A DNA stretch of 63,759 bases, taken from NCBI GenBank assembly GCA_945919455.1, contig CAMEJH010000005.1:1-63759 (forward strand), in the 5' to 3' direction. The first letter of the stretch is position 1, and every line of letters begins with the position of its first letter. The notes under the pieces were generated by a model that saw only the letters and a program-made list of their open reading frames with translations, had not been told where the DNA came from and ran no database searches. The stretch comes from an uncultured Clostridium sp. (GTDB lineage: Bacteria > Bacillota > Clostridia > TANB77 > CAG-508). Both the position numbers and the translations under genes were made by a program. Below, piece by piece: positions 45,864 to 56,321 of the stretch.

Positions 45864-48290
45864 TTATTCTCTATTTATCAATTTACATACCATAATACTC
45901 ATATCGTCTTTTGCTATTCCATAATTATTGTCTATTGATTCATTTAGTATAATATCTGCAATTTTTTGACAATTGGTTGTTTCTATATCTTCTAGCATAT
46001 ATTTTACCCATAGTTCTTTATTTTTGTATTCAACATTTGAGTCTATTATTCCATCACTACACATAACTATAATATCTTGGTTTTCTATATCTTTATCATA
46101 TGTTGTTAAATTAATATCTTTTAGTATTCCTGCTGGTAAGCTTAATGATTTTATGATCTGTACTTTTTTCTTATTTTTCACATATGTTGGGCAAGCTCCA
46201 TTTTTTATAAATTCTATTTTTCCATTATATAAATCTATTATTGCTATATCTAGTGTTGCAAATATTTCTTCACTAGTATTCATAATTGTAGTATTTATTA
46301 AATCTATAGAAGTATCTTTATCAAATCCTGACATCAATAGTCTTTCTAACATTTTTATTGCTATTTGACTACTTTTTCTCGCTTCAGGACCTGAGCCCAT
46401 TCCGTCACTCAAAGCCAATAAATATTTTCCATCATTTAATCTAATTTGTAATAAGCTATCTCCAGAAACTGGACTATCATTTTTTACTTTTGTTGCTTGT
46501 CCTATTTGTAAAATGTACTTATCTGCTGATATATAACAAAATACTCTTTTACCTTGTTTATTTAATTTTTTAGTTTTAGCTTCATTTAGCATTAATTTCT
46601 CATTTAATGTCTTCTCTAAAACCTTTTGAATCTTTTCTATATCTGTGTTCTCACTTATTTTGCTATTTTCTTTTAAATATATATCAATAAAATATCTATT
46701 GTCTTTTTTATTTATCTCCATCGTTTCTATTAATATATCTTTTATCTCAAGTGCTGTTATTATCTTCTTTTTTTCTTCTATGTAACTTCCATCATTTTCT
46801 ATTTCTTCTTCCATTTTTACAGCTATACTTGATATTGCTTTTGATACACCATCTAATTGAGCTTGTACGTTTTTTTTGTTTGATTTTACCTTTTCTTCCC
46901 ATATAAAGTTTGATTTACTTATTTTATATGCATAATTTACTGCTTTTACAATTTGCTCAACATTTTCATTTATACTTTTACTTATTTTTTCATCTTCATA
47001 CTGAACTATATAGTTATTATTTTTAGCAAATGTTTTTAATAAATCTTCTTTATTTATTTCTTGTTTTTCTAATAAAATATCAAATAATTCATATACAATT
47101 GGATTCTCTGGTTTTATCATGTCATCATATAAAATATTTTCTTCAAGCCCATCTAGATTGTTTAATAATTCTGATATAAATGCTTGCCTATTTTTATCAT
47201 ATATTTCTTTAATTGTATTATTTGTTTCATTTGTAGTTTCTTCATATGTATCTGCCATATCCTTAATTGTTTCTGATACCATGTTTAATTGGTTTATTGT
47301 CTCTTTACTTTGATTTAATTTTCTACTATTATCGAACTCTGGCAACATGTTATCACTTTTAATGAGTTCTTCAACATTTATTCCTACCCACTTTGGCACT
47401 GCTAGTAATCCAAGTGATGCAATTAGTATTTCTTTAAAAAATGCTATATCTGTTGCACTTCCATTTGAAGCATATATTATTATTCCATTTCCAACTAAGA
47501 ACCCAATTATTACTCCTATTTTACCAAATTTGTTTAGTACACCAGCTATCATACCTGAAATAGCATATAATGCAACTATCATTGGTTCATTTTGAGCTAT
47601 TATTCCTAGTGTAACTCCTATTGTTACTCCTGCTGTAGTTCCTATCAGAATTCCATTTTTCCATCCAAGTATTAAAACAATAAATATACTTAAAATATTT
47701 CTTATTGATAGTCCTAATATAGAAAATTCTCCAAATGCAGAAACTGCTATTGATAATAATAAACTTGCGCCTATTACCTCTTCTATTGAAAATGCACTTT
47801 TTTCTGTCATTTCTTGAATTACCACTATAGAGTTTACAAATATTTTATAAAATACTACTGACAATATGGCTAATGTAATGTGCAAAATTAAATCTGCTAC
47901 TGTAAATTTAGTTAATATCAATTTTGCTATCATTACTAATATAATACTTATAAATATATGTCCTGATATTTGTATCTGTTCATTTTTATATTCATCATTC
48001 TCTTTTGGAGGTTTTATACATATTAATATTAATAACATTAATATTATAAGAATATAATTTAATGCTCCTACTGCTCCTGCACCTATTATATTTCCTATAA
48101 GTCCAACAATTACTACTCCTATTGCTGGAACTCCTCCAGCTAAGCACGCACCCACTATTGCTATACTAAATGGAGAAACTGCTTGTCCCATTCCTATTGT
48201 TGATATCATAAATGATATTATATATGTTATTATATTTTTAACATTAATTAAATTTTTAAGTACTTCTTTTCCTGTATTGCTTTTTGACAT
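45864..48290 (-). CDS. spoIIE: Stage II sporulation protein E (membrane PP2C phosphatase)
   Basis: About 10 N-terminal TM segments, a central regulatory region and a C-terminal PP2C domain (SGDSLLQIRL.DGKYLLALSDGMGSG ... MCSDGI). I moved the start to ATG 48290, behind GAGGTGG. Confidence 0.88.
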   Translation of the reverse strand: MSKSNTGKEVLKNLINVKNIITYIISFMISTIGMGQAVSPFSIAIVGACLAGGVPAIGVVIVGLIGNIIGAGAVGALNYILIILMLLILICIKPPKENDEYKNEQIQISGHIFISIILVMIAKLILTKFTVADLILHITLAILSVVFYKIFVNSIVVIQEMTEKSAFSIEEVIGASLLLSIAVSAFGEFSILGLSIRNILSIFIVLILGWKNGILIGTTAGVTIGVTLGIIAQNEPMIVALYAISGMIAGVLNKFGKIGVIIGFLVGNGIIIYASNGSATDIAFFKEILIASLGLLAVPKWVGINVEELIKSDNMLPEFDNSRKLNQSKETINQLNMVSETIKDMADTYEETTNETNNTIKEIYDKNRQAFISELLNNLDGLEENILYDDMIKPENPIVYELFDILLEKQEINKEDLLKTFAKNNNYIVQYEDEKISKSINENVEQIVKAVNYAYKISKSNFIWEEKVKSNKKNVQAQLDGVSKAISSIAVKMEEEIENDGSYIEEKKKIITALEIKDILIETMEINKKDNRYFIDIYLKENSKISENTDIEKIQKVLEKTLNEKLMLNEAKTKKLNKQGKRVFCYISADKYILQIGQATKVKNDSPVSGDSLLQIRLNDGKYLLALSDGMGSGPEARKSSQIAIKMLERLLMSGFDKDTSIDLINTTIMNTSEEIFATLDIAIIDLYNGKIEFIKNGACPTYVKNKKKVQIIKSLSLPAGILKDINLTTYDKDIENQDIIVMCSDGIIDSNVEYKNKELWVKYMLEDIETTNCQKIADIILNESIDNNYGIAKDDMSIMVCKLINRE

Positions 48291-48493
48291 CCTTACCACC
48301 TCATACTTTTTCATAATATAGTAACATTTTAATCCTTTTCTTTTGTGTTTTTTGTCTTTTTTGGTACTTTACTATAAAAAAGTTTTTTACAATTTGTGAT
48401 ATTTACTTTTTTATTATCTCATTTTCCTTTGTTTTGTGTTTTATATTTTATTATAGATTGTTGAAAATTACAAGATTTTTTCTTAATTTGTAT

Positions 48494-48591
48494 AAAAAAT
48501 CTTTATATATAACTATTGAATCAGTCAAAGACCCATAGAAAGACCCTAGCTATGTTTTTGACAAGGAAATAGTTATATATAAAGATTTTTT
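48494..48591. repeat. Long-hairpin intergenic element, copy D
   Basis: Perfect 24-bp arms AAAAAATCTTTATATATAACTATT (48494-48517) and AATAGTTATATATAAAGATTTTTT (48568-48591). The inner stem is GTCAAAGAC (48524-48532) with GTTTTTGAC (48554-48562). Confidence 0.75.
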
Positions 48592-48663
48592 GTACATATT
48601 TAACATTTTCTGATTTTGTTCATATAATAAATAATAATGCATAATTTATTAAGAGGTGATACT

Positions 48664-49164
48664 ATGTCTGATAAGATGGAGGATTTATTTGCTAATGTTA
48701 AAAAAATGGTTGATAGCGGAAATATTCCTGATGATATAAAACAAATGATGAATAATTTACAGAATTCTTCTAATAGTTCGAATAATACAAGTAATTCAAC
48801 TGGATCTAATGATAATAGAAGCCCTGATTTAAATAATATTTTAAGTCAAGTTTCTCCAGAAATGCTTAATAATTTAAGTAATATGTTAAATTCTAATAAT
48901 CAGTCTGGTCAAAATTCTAGTCAAGATAGTAATAATAATAATTCTGGTAATTTTAATATTGATATGAATACTATTATGAAAATGCAATCAATTATGTCAC
49001 AAATGAATAACAAAAATGATCCTCGTGCTAATTTATTGTATTCTTTAAAACCTTATTTAAGAGATTCTAAAAAAGAAAAACTTGACCAGTATGTTAATTT
49101 ACTTAATATTTCTAAAATTGCAGATATGATGAATAAAAACAATAATGATAATAAAACAAAATAG
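48664..49164 (+). CDS. Asn/Ser-rich low-complexity protein with conserved-looking C-terminal helix region
   Basis: 166 aa from ATG 48664, behind AAGAGGTGA. The N- and C-terminal ends (DPRANLLYSLKPYLRDSKKEKLDQYVNLLN) are non-repetitive. Confidence 0.55.
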   Translation: MSDKMEDLFANVKKMVDSGNIPDDIKQMMNNLQNSSNSSNNTSNSTGSNDNRSPDLNNILSQVSPEMLNNLSNMLNSNNQSGQNSSQDSNNNNSGNFNIDMNTIMKMQSIMSQMNNKNDPRANLLYSLKPYLRDSKKEKLDQYVNLLNISKIADMMNKNNNDNKTK

Positions 49165-49178
49165 AGAGGAGTAAAAAA

Positions 49179-49527
49179 ATGCCTAGATTCCCAGGAACTC
49201 GGATTTCCTTTTCAATATTATAATACCTATAGAAGAAATAATTTTTATAATAATTACAAGCCTTATGCGCCTGTACAAGAACAATCTAATACTTGTAATT
49301 CTGCTAATGAACATTCTATTAGTTGTGTCCCAGTTCGTGAAGAATCTAATAAATCTAAACCAAATAATAGAAAAGCCAAATCAGATGAGACTGTTTGGCT
49401 TGATTTGTTTGGTATAAAATTATATTTTGATGATGTACTTATTCTTAGTCTCTTATTCTTTTTATATAGAGAAGAAGTTAAGGATGAAGGCTTATTTTTG
49501 GCGTTGGTTATGTTGCTAATTAGTTAA
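49179..49527 (+). pseudogene. Frameshifted or start-less gene encoding a Tyr/Asn-rich region plus a C-terminal membrane segment
   Basis: ATG 49179 lies behind AGAGAGGAG and stops after 14 codons. The +1 frame is open for 121 codons (49165-49527) with no ATG/GTG/TTG until codon ~80, and ends ...VWLDLFGIKLYFDDVLILSLLFFLYREEVKDEGLFLALVMLLIS. Confidence 0.4.
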
Positions 49528-49531
49528 AAAT

Positions 49532-50972
49532 TTAGTTTTTTTCAATTGTCCATCCTGTTTCTGAATTACCTGTTAATTGGATGTCAGATTTTAAAATTAC
49601 TACGGGACGAATTCCAAGGCAGCTATCGTAACTTAATCCCTTAGAATCTAAGAAGTATCCAAAATCATAACCTACATATCCATTACATACATTGTGTAAT
49701 CCAAAATAAGCAAAATTTCCGGTCAAAACCGACAAAAGTTGAACCAACCCAATAATATTGTTCACTTCCATTATCTATTGCTTTATATGCTTTGCTTCCT
49801 TCTGTTAAACCTCCCCCTGTACTGCTATTACTTGATAGTGAATTTAAATAATAATAATAAAATGTAATTTTTAATGTTGTTATTTTTTGCATACTATTTA
49901 TGTCTGTTACTACTGGATCCATTGTTACTTTTTGCGATACTTTCCATGTTTTTGAGATTACATCAAACCAGTTAAACATTTTGTTATAGTATTTATTATG
50001 ATCATCATAAGAATTCCCTTCTAACCCATTACTTGTTGTATAATGAGGATAGGCATCGCCTTTCCAATAACATGTTACTTCACTTCCATATTCTCCTACA
50101 TCTCCTTCTCCATATTTTTTCCCATTTCCTGTTTGATTTGGATCATATACCCCTACATTATTTGGATTATATCCTGTCACTTTATTTATATCTTCTATTC
50201 TTATACTTCTTGCATCTGTCGCTCCATATCCGTGTCCAAATATCTCACTTATTTTATCTAGCTCACTTACTGCATTTATATATCCTTCTCTTCCTTTTAT
50301 ATAATAATATTCATCTAATGTTGTTTTTATTACATCTGTTGGTGCTATTAGTATTTGCCCTTCATCACTTACTCCTAATACCTTCCATGTTCCTCTATAA
50401 TCTGATGAAAATGTTTGATCTTCATATTCATTTTCTTTGCTATATGATGTTACTGTTTTTACTTCTTCTCCTTCTATTAAGGGATTATAGTCTATTATAT
50501 CTCCCACTTCTAGTGTTATTTCTCCATTTGTCACTTTTAATGTTTTGTCTCCATTCATATCTGTTCCTGTTACTGAATACCAGGGTCCTCTTTCTGTTGT
50601 TTTTCCACCTGCATCTACTAGATAACTATTTCCTGTGGCGGGATATGTTACTATAAATTTGTCTCCACATTGTTCTAATGTATAATCTACATTTCTTTCT
50701 CCAATATTAATTGTTAATTCTTTTTCCAAATTTTCTTCTGTAATTTCTTCCCATCCAGTTTTTGCTTTTGCTGCAATTGCTGCTAGTTCTACTCTTTCTT
50801 TTTCATCTCCAATTTTGGTTTTATCCTTTGATTCTGCTGCTTGTTTCATTATTCCATTTTCTCCTGTTAGCATGGAAATACTTACTCCTGCTAAGATTAA
50901 AAGGACTACAATTGTAACCACTAATGCTATTAAAGTTATAGCTTTATCGCTTTTCTTTTGTTTTAATTTCAT
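49532..50972 (-). pseudogene. Prepilin-type N-terminal domain protein, disrupted by a frameshift near 49715-49725
   Basis: The N-terminus KAITLIALVVTIVVLLILAGVSISML resembles a class III signal/pilin helix. The 429-aa ORF ends ..YYWVGSTFVGFDRKFCLFWITQCM. The overlapping 79-aa ORF continues plausibly as ..GNFAYFGLHNVCNGYVGY...LGIRPVVILKSDIQL. Confidence 0.6.
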
Positions 50973-51093
50973 AAAAACCTTTCCTTTCTTGTACTAATAT
51001 TTATATTAGCATTCTTGTTTTGTGCAATATTCATTTCTAAGTATTTAAATTAAAAATATTAAATTTGAGTAGATTTATTTTTATTTAATTCCA

Positions 51094-51702
51094 TTATTCT
51101 ATCACAATTTTGTCATCACCTACATAAATATATGCATGTTCACGAATTTCCTCTTCATCTCTGTCTATTTCTCTAACAATATTTGATATTCTAAGTTGTA
51201 CTGCATCTAATGTACTTGCCGCAATTATTGCTTCTTTATTTCCTTTTGCTCCTGCATGTGCCAGTCCTCTTAAAGTTCCAATTACAACTATATTGTCAGC
51301 AGCAATTACTTCTGCTCCAGAGTTTACATCGCCTATTACAACAATACTACCTTCTACTTCTATTCTTTGACCTGAACGTAATGAACCTTTATGGAATGTT
51401 GTTTCAGATATTCCAACATCCTTTTTATAACTTCTTGTAATACTATGTAATCCTAGTGTAGTAGGTGTATCGAATTTTACTTCTACATCTATTTCTTTTT
51501 TTATAATTTCTTTTATTTCTTCTAATTCTTTATTTTCTAATATTTTTCCTGTAACCCTAATTGGTGTTTTTTCTTCTTGATACATCTTTTTTAGCTCTAC
51601 TATTTTAGAAGATAATTCTGTTATAATTTCTTCTTGTTCTGCTTTATCATCAATTTTAATTACAATCTCATTCGTCTTTAGATTTATACTAACACAATTC
51701 AT
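51094..51702 (-). CDS. minC: Septum site-determining protein MinC
   Basis: The C-terminal beta-helix region RSGQRIEVEGSIVVIGDVNSGAEVIAADNIVVIGTLRGLAHAG is typical of MinC. I moved the start to ATG 51702. Confidence 0.85.
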   Translation of the reverse strand: MNCVSINLKTNEIVIKIDDKAEQEEIITELSSKIVELKKMYQEEKTPIRVTGKILENKELEEIKEIIKKEIDVEVKFDTPTTLGLHSITRSYKKDVGISETTFHKGSLRSGQRIEVEGSIVVIGDVNSGAEVIAADNIVVIGTLRGLAHAGAKGNKEAIIAASTLDAVQLRISNIVREIDRDEEEIREHAYIYVGDDKIVIE

Positions 51703-51724
51703 ATTTATACATCCTTTCACTCTG

Positions 51725-53884
51725 CTATCTTATTTCTTCTGTATATGGGACTGCCTGTACATTTTCATTTACTTCTGTTGTTTCATTCATTCCAAAATAT
51801 TGTGTAAGAACATCTCTAGCAACCTCTGCTGCATAATTTCCATGTCCACCATTTTCTATCATTACTACAACTGCTACTTCTGGATTCTCGAATGGTGCAA
51901 AACATACAAACCATGCATCAACAAGATCATTGTTATTTGAATCTTTTCCTGCTTCCGCTGAACCAGTTTTTCCTGCCACTTCTACTTGAAAGTTTTTGAA
52001 AATATTGTAAGCTGTTCCTCCAGCTTCACTAGTAGCCATCCTCATTCCCTCTTTTGCTACATTTATATTTTCAGGATTTATTTGTATACCATCATCAGTG
52101 TTTTCTATTCCTAACTTCTCATTAGTGTATTTTTCTATCTCTTCTCTAGGTACTTCTGTTCCATCTGAGTTTAATATTGTTTTTATTATTGTTGGTTTTA
52201 CTACTGTTCCTCCATTTGCAATTGATGATATATATTTTGCTATTTGCATTGGAGTAAAATTATTGTAACTTTGACCTATTGCTGCAGGTAGTGTATCTCC
52301 AGGATACCAAGCTTGACCATTTGTTAGTTTTGATTTCGTTTCAGTAGATGCTACTGTTCCTGCTGTTTCACTTGGTAATTCTATTCCAGTTTTCTTTCCA
52401 AGTCCAAAATGTAATGCATATTTTGCAATAGTATCAACTCCAATTCTATCACCTACTTCATAAAAGAAATAGTTACATGAATGTTGAAGTGCTTGTGTTA
52501 CATTTAAATATCCATGACCTCTATGATAACTTGTATAATACCAACATTCAGGAGAATATCCTTTATATTTTCTATATACCCCGACATCATTTATTTTTTC
52601 TTTAGTAGTTATTGCTCCAGATTCTAATCCAGCTATTGCTGTTACCATTTTAAATGTTGAACCAGGTTCATATGCTGCTTGTATTGCTTTATTCAATTGT
52701 GGATGTGCTTCATTTGTGCTTAAATATTGCCAATGTTCTTTTGAAATTCCTCCAACAAACCATTCTGGCTCATATGTTGGGTTACTTGCTGTTGCTAATA
52801 CCTCTCCTGTATTAACATTCATAACAACAGCCGCTCCACCTTTAGCATCATAAGTTTGAGAAAATCCTCCACTTTTTATTTTATTTATACAGTTCTCTAA
52901 AGCTGTCTCTGTTACTTTTTGTAAATTTGAGTCTATTGTTAATACTATATCACTACCAGCAACCGCTTCTTTAGAAATATATTCTCCTGTAATTGTTCCA
53001 TCTACAGACATGTCAACTTGCTTTTCTCCGTCTTTACCTTTTAGGTAGCTTTCAAATACATACTCTATTCCTGTTCTTCCTATTATATCGTCACTATCAT
53101 AAATATCCTTATTTGCTTTATACTCGTCTTCATTTATTTTTCCTGTATATCCTATTACATGAGCAGCCATGCTTCCAGTTAGATATGTTCTTACAGCATC
53201 TGCTGATATACTTATTCCTGGAAATTCACTATTTCTTTCACTTATTTGTGCAACAATCTCCTCATTAACATCTTTTGCTATGGTTATTGATTTTGTAGCA
53301 CTATAACCTGTTGTTGTAATTTTATATCTTATTGATATTATTTTTCTTATATCCTCAACATTATCATCAGATATTTCATATTTATCTTTAAATTTATAAA
53401 ATGCTTCTTCTGCTCCCGCATCTTCTGGTATTTTATATTTAGTCTTCCATTTGGCAAGTTCATCATCTGCTATTGTAAATTCAAATGGATTTATTTTTAT
53501 TGGGAATGTATCTGTATATGATATTTGATAATCATTTAATAAATTTACTAACCTTAAAATAGTTTCATTTAATTCATCATTGGCTATATTTGTTTTGAAA
53601 ATCTCTATACTATATTCTGTTCTAACCCCTGCAAGTTCGTTTCCAGATCTATCTACTATAGAACCTCTAGCAGCTTCCACAGAAGTTACTCTTGATAACC
53701 TAGTATTAGATTGCTCTCTATATGATTCTCCATTTACAATTTGTAAGTTAAACAATTGAGCAATTAATACTATTCCAATTATATATATTAAAATTGTTAT
53801 TATATTAAATCTAAAATTGATCTGCTCATTTCCAATTTCTTTTTCCCATGTTGTTTCTCTATCAAAACTTATTCTATTGTTCAA
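51725..53884 (-). CDS. mrdA: Penicillin-binding protein 2 (class B transpeptidase)
   Basis: 719 aa. N-terminal TM, dimerisation domain, and STFK, SCN and KTGS(A) motifs. Confidence 0.88.
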   Translation of the reverse strand: MNNRISFDRETTWEKEIGNEQINFRFNIITILIYIIGIVLIAQLFNLQIVNGESYREQSNTRLSRVTSVEAARGSIVDRSGNELAGVRTEYSIEIFKTNIANDELNETILRLVNLLNDYQISYTDTFPIKINPFEFTIADDELAKWKTKYKIPEDAGAEEAFYKFKDKYEISDDNVEDIRKIISIRYKITTTGYSATKSITIAKDVNEEIVAQISERNSEFPGISISADAVRTYLTGSMAAHVIGYTGKINEDEYKANKDIYDSDDIIGRTGIEYVFESYLKGKDGEKQVDMSVDGTITGEYISKEAVAGSDIVLTIDSNLQKVTETALENCINKIKSGGFSQTYDAKGGAAVVMNVNTGEVLATASNPTYEPEWFVGGISKEHWQYLSTNEAHPQLNKAIQAAYEPGSTFKMVTAIAGLESGAITTKEKINDVGVYRKYKGYSPECWYYTSYHRGHGYLNVTQALQHSCNYFFYEVGDRIGVDTIAKYALHFGLGKKTGIELPSETAGTVASTETKSKLTNGQAWYPGDTLPAAIGQSYNNFTPMQIAKYISSIANGGTVVKPTIIKTILNSDGTEVPREEIEKYTNEKLGIENTDDGIQINPENINVAKEGMRMATSEAGGTAYNIFKNFQVEVAGKTGSAEAGKDSNNNDLVDAWFVCFAPFENPEVAVVVMIENGGHGNYAAEVARDVLTQYFGMNETTEVNENVQAVPYTEEIR

Positions 53885-53898
53885 TTGTTCACCTTCTT

Positions 53899-54432
53899 TC
53901 AGAAATATCTAGTTAATATTTTGTCTCCTTTTATTTCATTTTCTATTTCATATCCAGTAAACTTCATTAAAGGATAAAGTATTGTAATTAATAACAAATT
54001 ATATAAAACTTCAATTGATAATATCTTTATAAATGCAAATATATCTATATTTGTTTCAATAATAATATATTGGATAATATACAGTACAACTTCATATATA
54101 GTAGTAGATACTGCTCCCATTAGTAAAACTGTTATTCTACTATCTTTTGAAAAATTTTTGTCAAATACTCCACCTAAAAAGCCTATTAATGCTAGGCATA
54201 TTGATGTTATTCCTATGTTTTTTCCTATCCATATATCTATAAATATTCCATATAGTATTCCATAAATAATTCCCATGCTTCGCCCCATATATAATCCTAT
54301 ATATAACATCACAATAATAAATATGTTTGGCATTACTCCAGCTATTGTAAAATTAGTGAAAAACATGGTTTGAAAAAGATACATTACTATACATGTAATT
54401 ATTAGCGAAATGTGTATTATAACTTTTTTCAT
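53899..54432 (-). CDS. mreD: Rod shape-determining protein MreD
   Basis: 177 aa polytopic membrane protein, positioned directly after mreC. Confidence 0.8.
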   Translation of the reverse strand: MKKVIIHISLIITCIVMYLFQTMFFTNFTIAGVMPNIFIIVMLYIGLYMGRSMGIIYGILYGIFIDIWIGKNIGITSICLALIGFLGGVFDKNFSKDSRITVLLMGAVSTTIYEVVLYIIQYIIIETNIDIFAFIKILSIEVLYNLLLITILYPLMKFTGYEIENEIKGDKILTRYF

Positions 54433-54442
54433 ATTTACCCCT

Positions 54443-55261
54443 CTACTGATTTGTTATAACAAGTACTGTCTCTAGTTTTTCAAAGTTTACTGCAGCTTCT
54501 ATTAAAGCATACGAATCGGTTTTGTTTGTTCCTTCAACTACTTTTTTTATTTTTCCTACATGTATTCCTTTTAAATAAATTCCACCTAATCCTGATGTTT
54601 CTACACTATCACCTTGTATAATATTTGCTCCTGTTGCAATATAATTTGCTTTTAATATTGAATTATTTTCAACTGTTCCTTTGCAAATCATACTATCTCT
54701 CGTTGTACTTGTTAAGCAGCTTGTTGCACTAGCACTATCTACTATTGTTTGAATTTTGGCTGTATTAGAAGTTACAGATACCACATATCCTACAAGTCCT
54801 TCATCAGCAATAACTGTCATTTTTTCTTTTATTCCATTATTACTTCCTATATTTATAACAATTGTCTTTGAATAATTGCTTATGTCTCTTGAAATTATTG
54901 TTCCTGGTACTGTTGTATATTCTCCATATTTTTCAGCTAAGTTTAATTGTTGTTTTAATTGTTCATTTTCGTTTTTTACTATCTCATATTCTCTTAAAGT
55001 TTGTTCTAATTCACTATTTTTTTGTTTTAATGATTCATTTTCCGCTTTTAATTCATTTATGTTTTCAAAAAATTTATCATTATTATTCAATTTATTTTTT
55101 AAATATGTCAGTCCATTTTCTATTGGAACCACTACCGTATTAGCAATATTTTCAATTATAGATATATTATCTGAATCAGTATTAGTAAATACAACCAATA
55201 ATATCAATATTATTGTTGTAACAATAATTCCTATTATTCCACCTTTTTTATCTCTTTCCAT
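54443..55261 (-). CDS. mreC: Rod shape-determining protein MreC
   Basis: 272 aa. N-terminal TM, coiled coil (ELKAENESLKQKNSELEQTL), and a C-terminal beta domain (VTADEGLVGYV ... GGIYLKGIHVGKI). Confidence 0.85.
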   Translation of the reverse strand: MERDKKGGIIGIIVTTIILILLVVFTNTDSDNISIIENIANTVVVPIENGLTYLKNKLNNNDKFFENINELKAENESLKQKNSELEQTLREYEIVKNENEQLKQQLNLAEKYGEYTTVPGTIISRDISNYSKTIVINIGSNNGIKEKMTVIADEGLVGYVVSVTSNTAKIQTIVDSASATSCLTSTTRDSMICKGTVENNSILKANYIATGANIIQGDSVETSGLGGIYLKGIHVGKIKKVVEGTNKTDSYALIEAAVNFEKLETVLVITNQ

Positions 55262-55274
55262 TCACTATCTTCCT

Positions 55275-56306
55275 CTATCTTCTTTTTCTAGAATTTATTA
55301 AAATAGTTTTTAATTTTTCTAGATCCTGTAGTGTCTTCTCAGTCCCTCTTACAACACAATCTAACGGATCCTCTGCAACATAAACTGGCATCCCCGTTTC
55401 TAAACTTACTAATTTATCTAAATTTTGTATTAAAGCTCCTCCACCAGCTAATACTATTCCTTTTTCCATTATGTCAGAAGCAAGTTCTGGTGGTGTTTTT
55501 TCTAATGTTATTTTTATAACTTCTATTATCTTTTCTATTGACTCCTTCATTGCTTCTTCTACTTGATCTGATGTTATTACTACTGTCCTTGGTAATCCAT
55601 CACTTAAATCTCTTCCTTTTATCTCCATTGCCATTTGTGTCATTAATGGCATTGCACAACCTATTTGTTTTTTTATTTGTTCAGCAGTTGTATCTCCTAT
55701 TGCTAAATTTAATTCTTTTTTAACATAGTTAATTATATCTTCGTCTAGTTCGTCTCCTGCTATCCTTAATGAATTACTAATAACAATTCCTCCCAAAGAT
55801 ATTACTGCTACTTCTGTTGTACCTCCACCAATGTCGACTATTATATTTCCACTTGGTTCTTCTATTTCTATCCCAGCACCAACAGCAGCAGCCATTGGTT
55901 CTTCTATTAAATAAACTTCTCTTGCGCCTGCATGTATTATTGTTTCTTCCACAGCTCTTTCTTCTACTTCCGTTATTCCCGATGGAACTCCCACTAATAC
56001 TCTAGGTCTTACTGCATTATATCTTTTACATACTCTTTCTAATATATTTTTTAGCAATAATTTTGTAGCTGTAAAATCAGCTATCACTCCATCTTTTAGC
56101 GGTCTAATAGCTTTTATTTCTTTAGGTGTTCTACCTAACATTTCTTTTGCCTCAAATCCTGTTGCTATAGTTCCTCCTGTTTTTGAATCAATCGAAATTA
56201 CTGATGGTTCTCGCAATATAATCCCTTTTCCCTTTACTGTTACTAATATGTTTGCTGTTCCTAAATCTATCCCTATATCTTTAGATTTGAATGACAAAAA
56301 ATTCAT
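55275..56306 (-). CDS. mreB: Rod shape-determining protein MreB
   Basis: 343 aa. Actin-fold motifs IGIDLGTANILV, VDIGGGTTEVAVISLGG and LAGGGALI. Confidence 0.92.
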   Translation of the reverse strand: MNFLSFKSKDIGIDLGTANILVTVKGKGIILREPSVISIDSKTGGTIATGFEAKEMLGRTPKEIKAIRPLKDGVIADFTATKLLLKNILERVCKRYNAVRPRVLVGVPSGITEVEERAVEETIIHAGAREVYLIEEPMAAAVGAGIEIEEPSGNIIVDIGGGTTEVAVISLGGIVISNSLRIAGDELDEDIINYVKKELNLAIGDTTAEQIKKQIGCAMPLMTQMAMEIKGRDLSDGLPRTVVITSDQVEEAMKESIEKIIEVIKITLEKTPPELASDIMEKGIVLAGGGALIQNLDKLVSLETGMPVYVAEDPLDCVVRGTEKTLQDLEKLKTILINSRKRR

Positions 56307-56321
56307 ATTTTTTCTTTCCTT

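Noticed and set aside
48315-48493. Spo0A boxes (TGNCGAA) in the spoIIE upstream region
   Set aside because: I found no CGA-containing match on either strand in this stretch, so no regulatory site is called.
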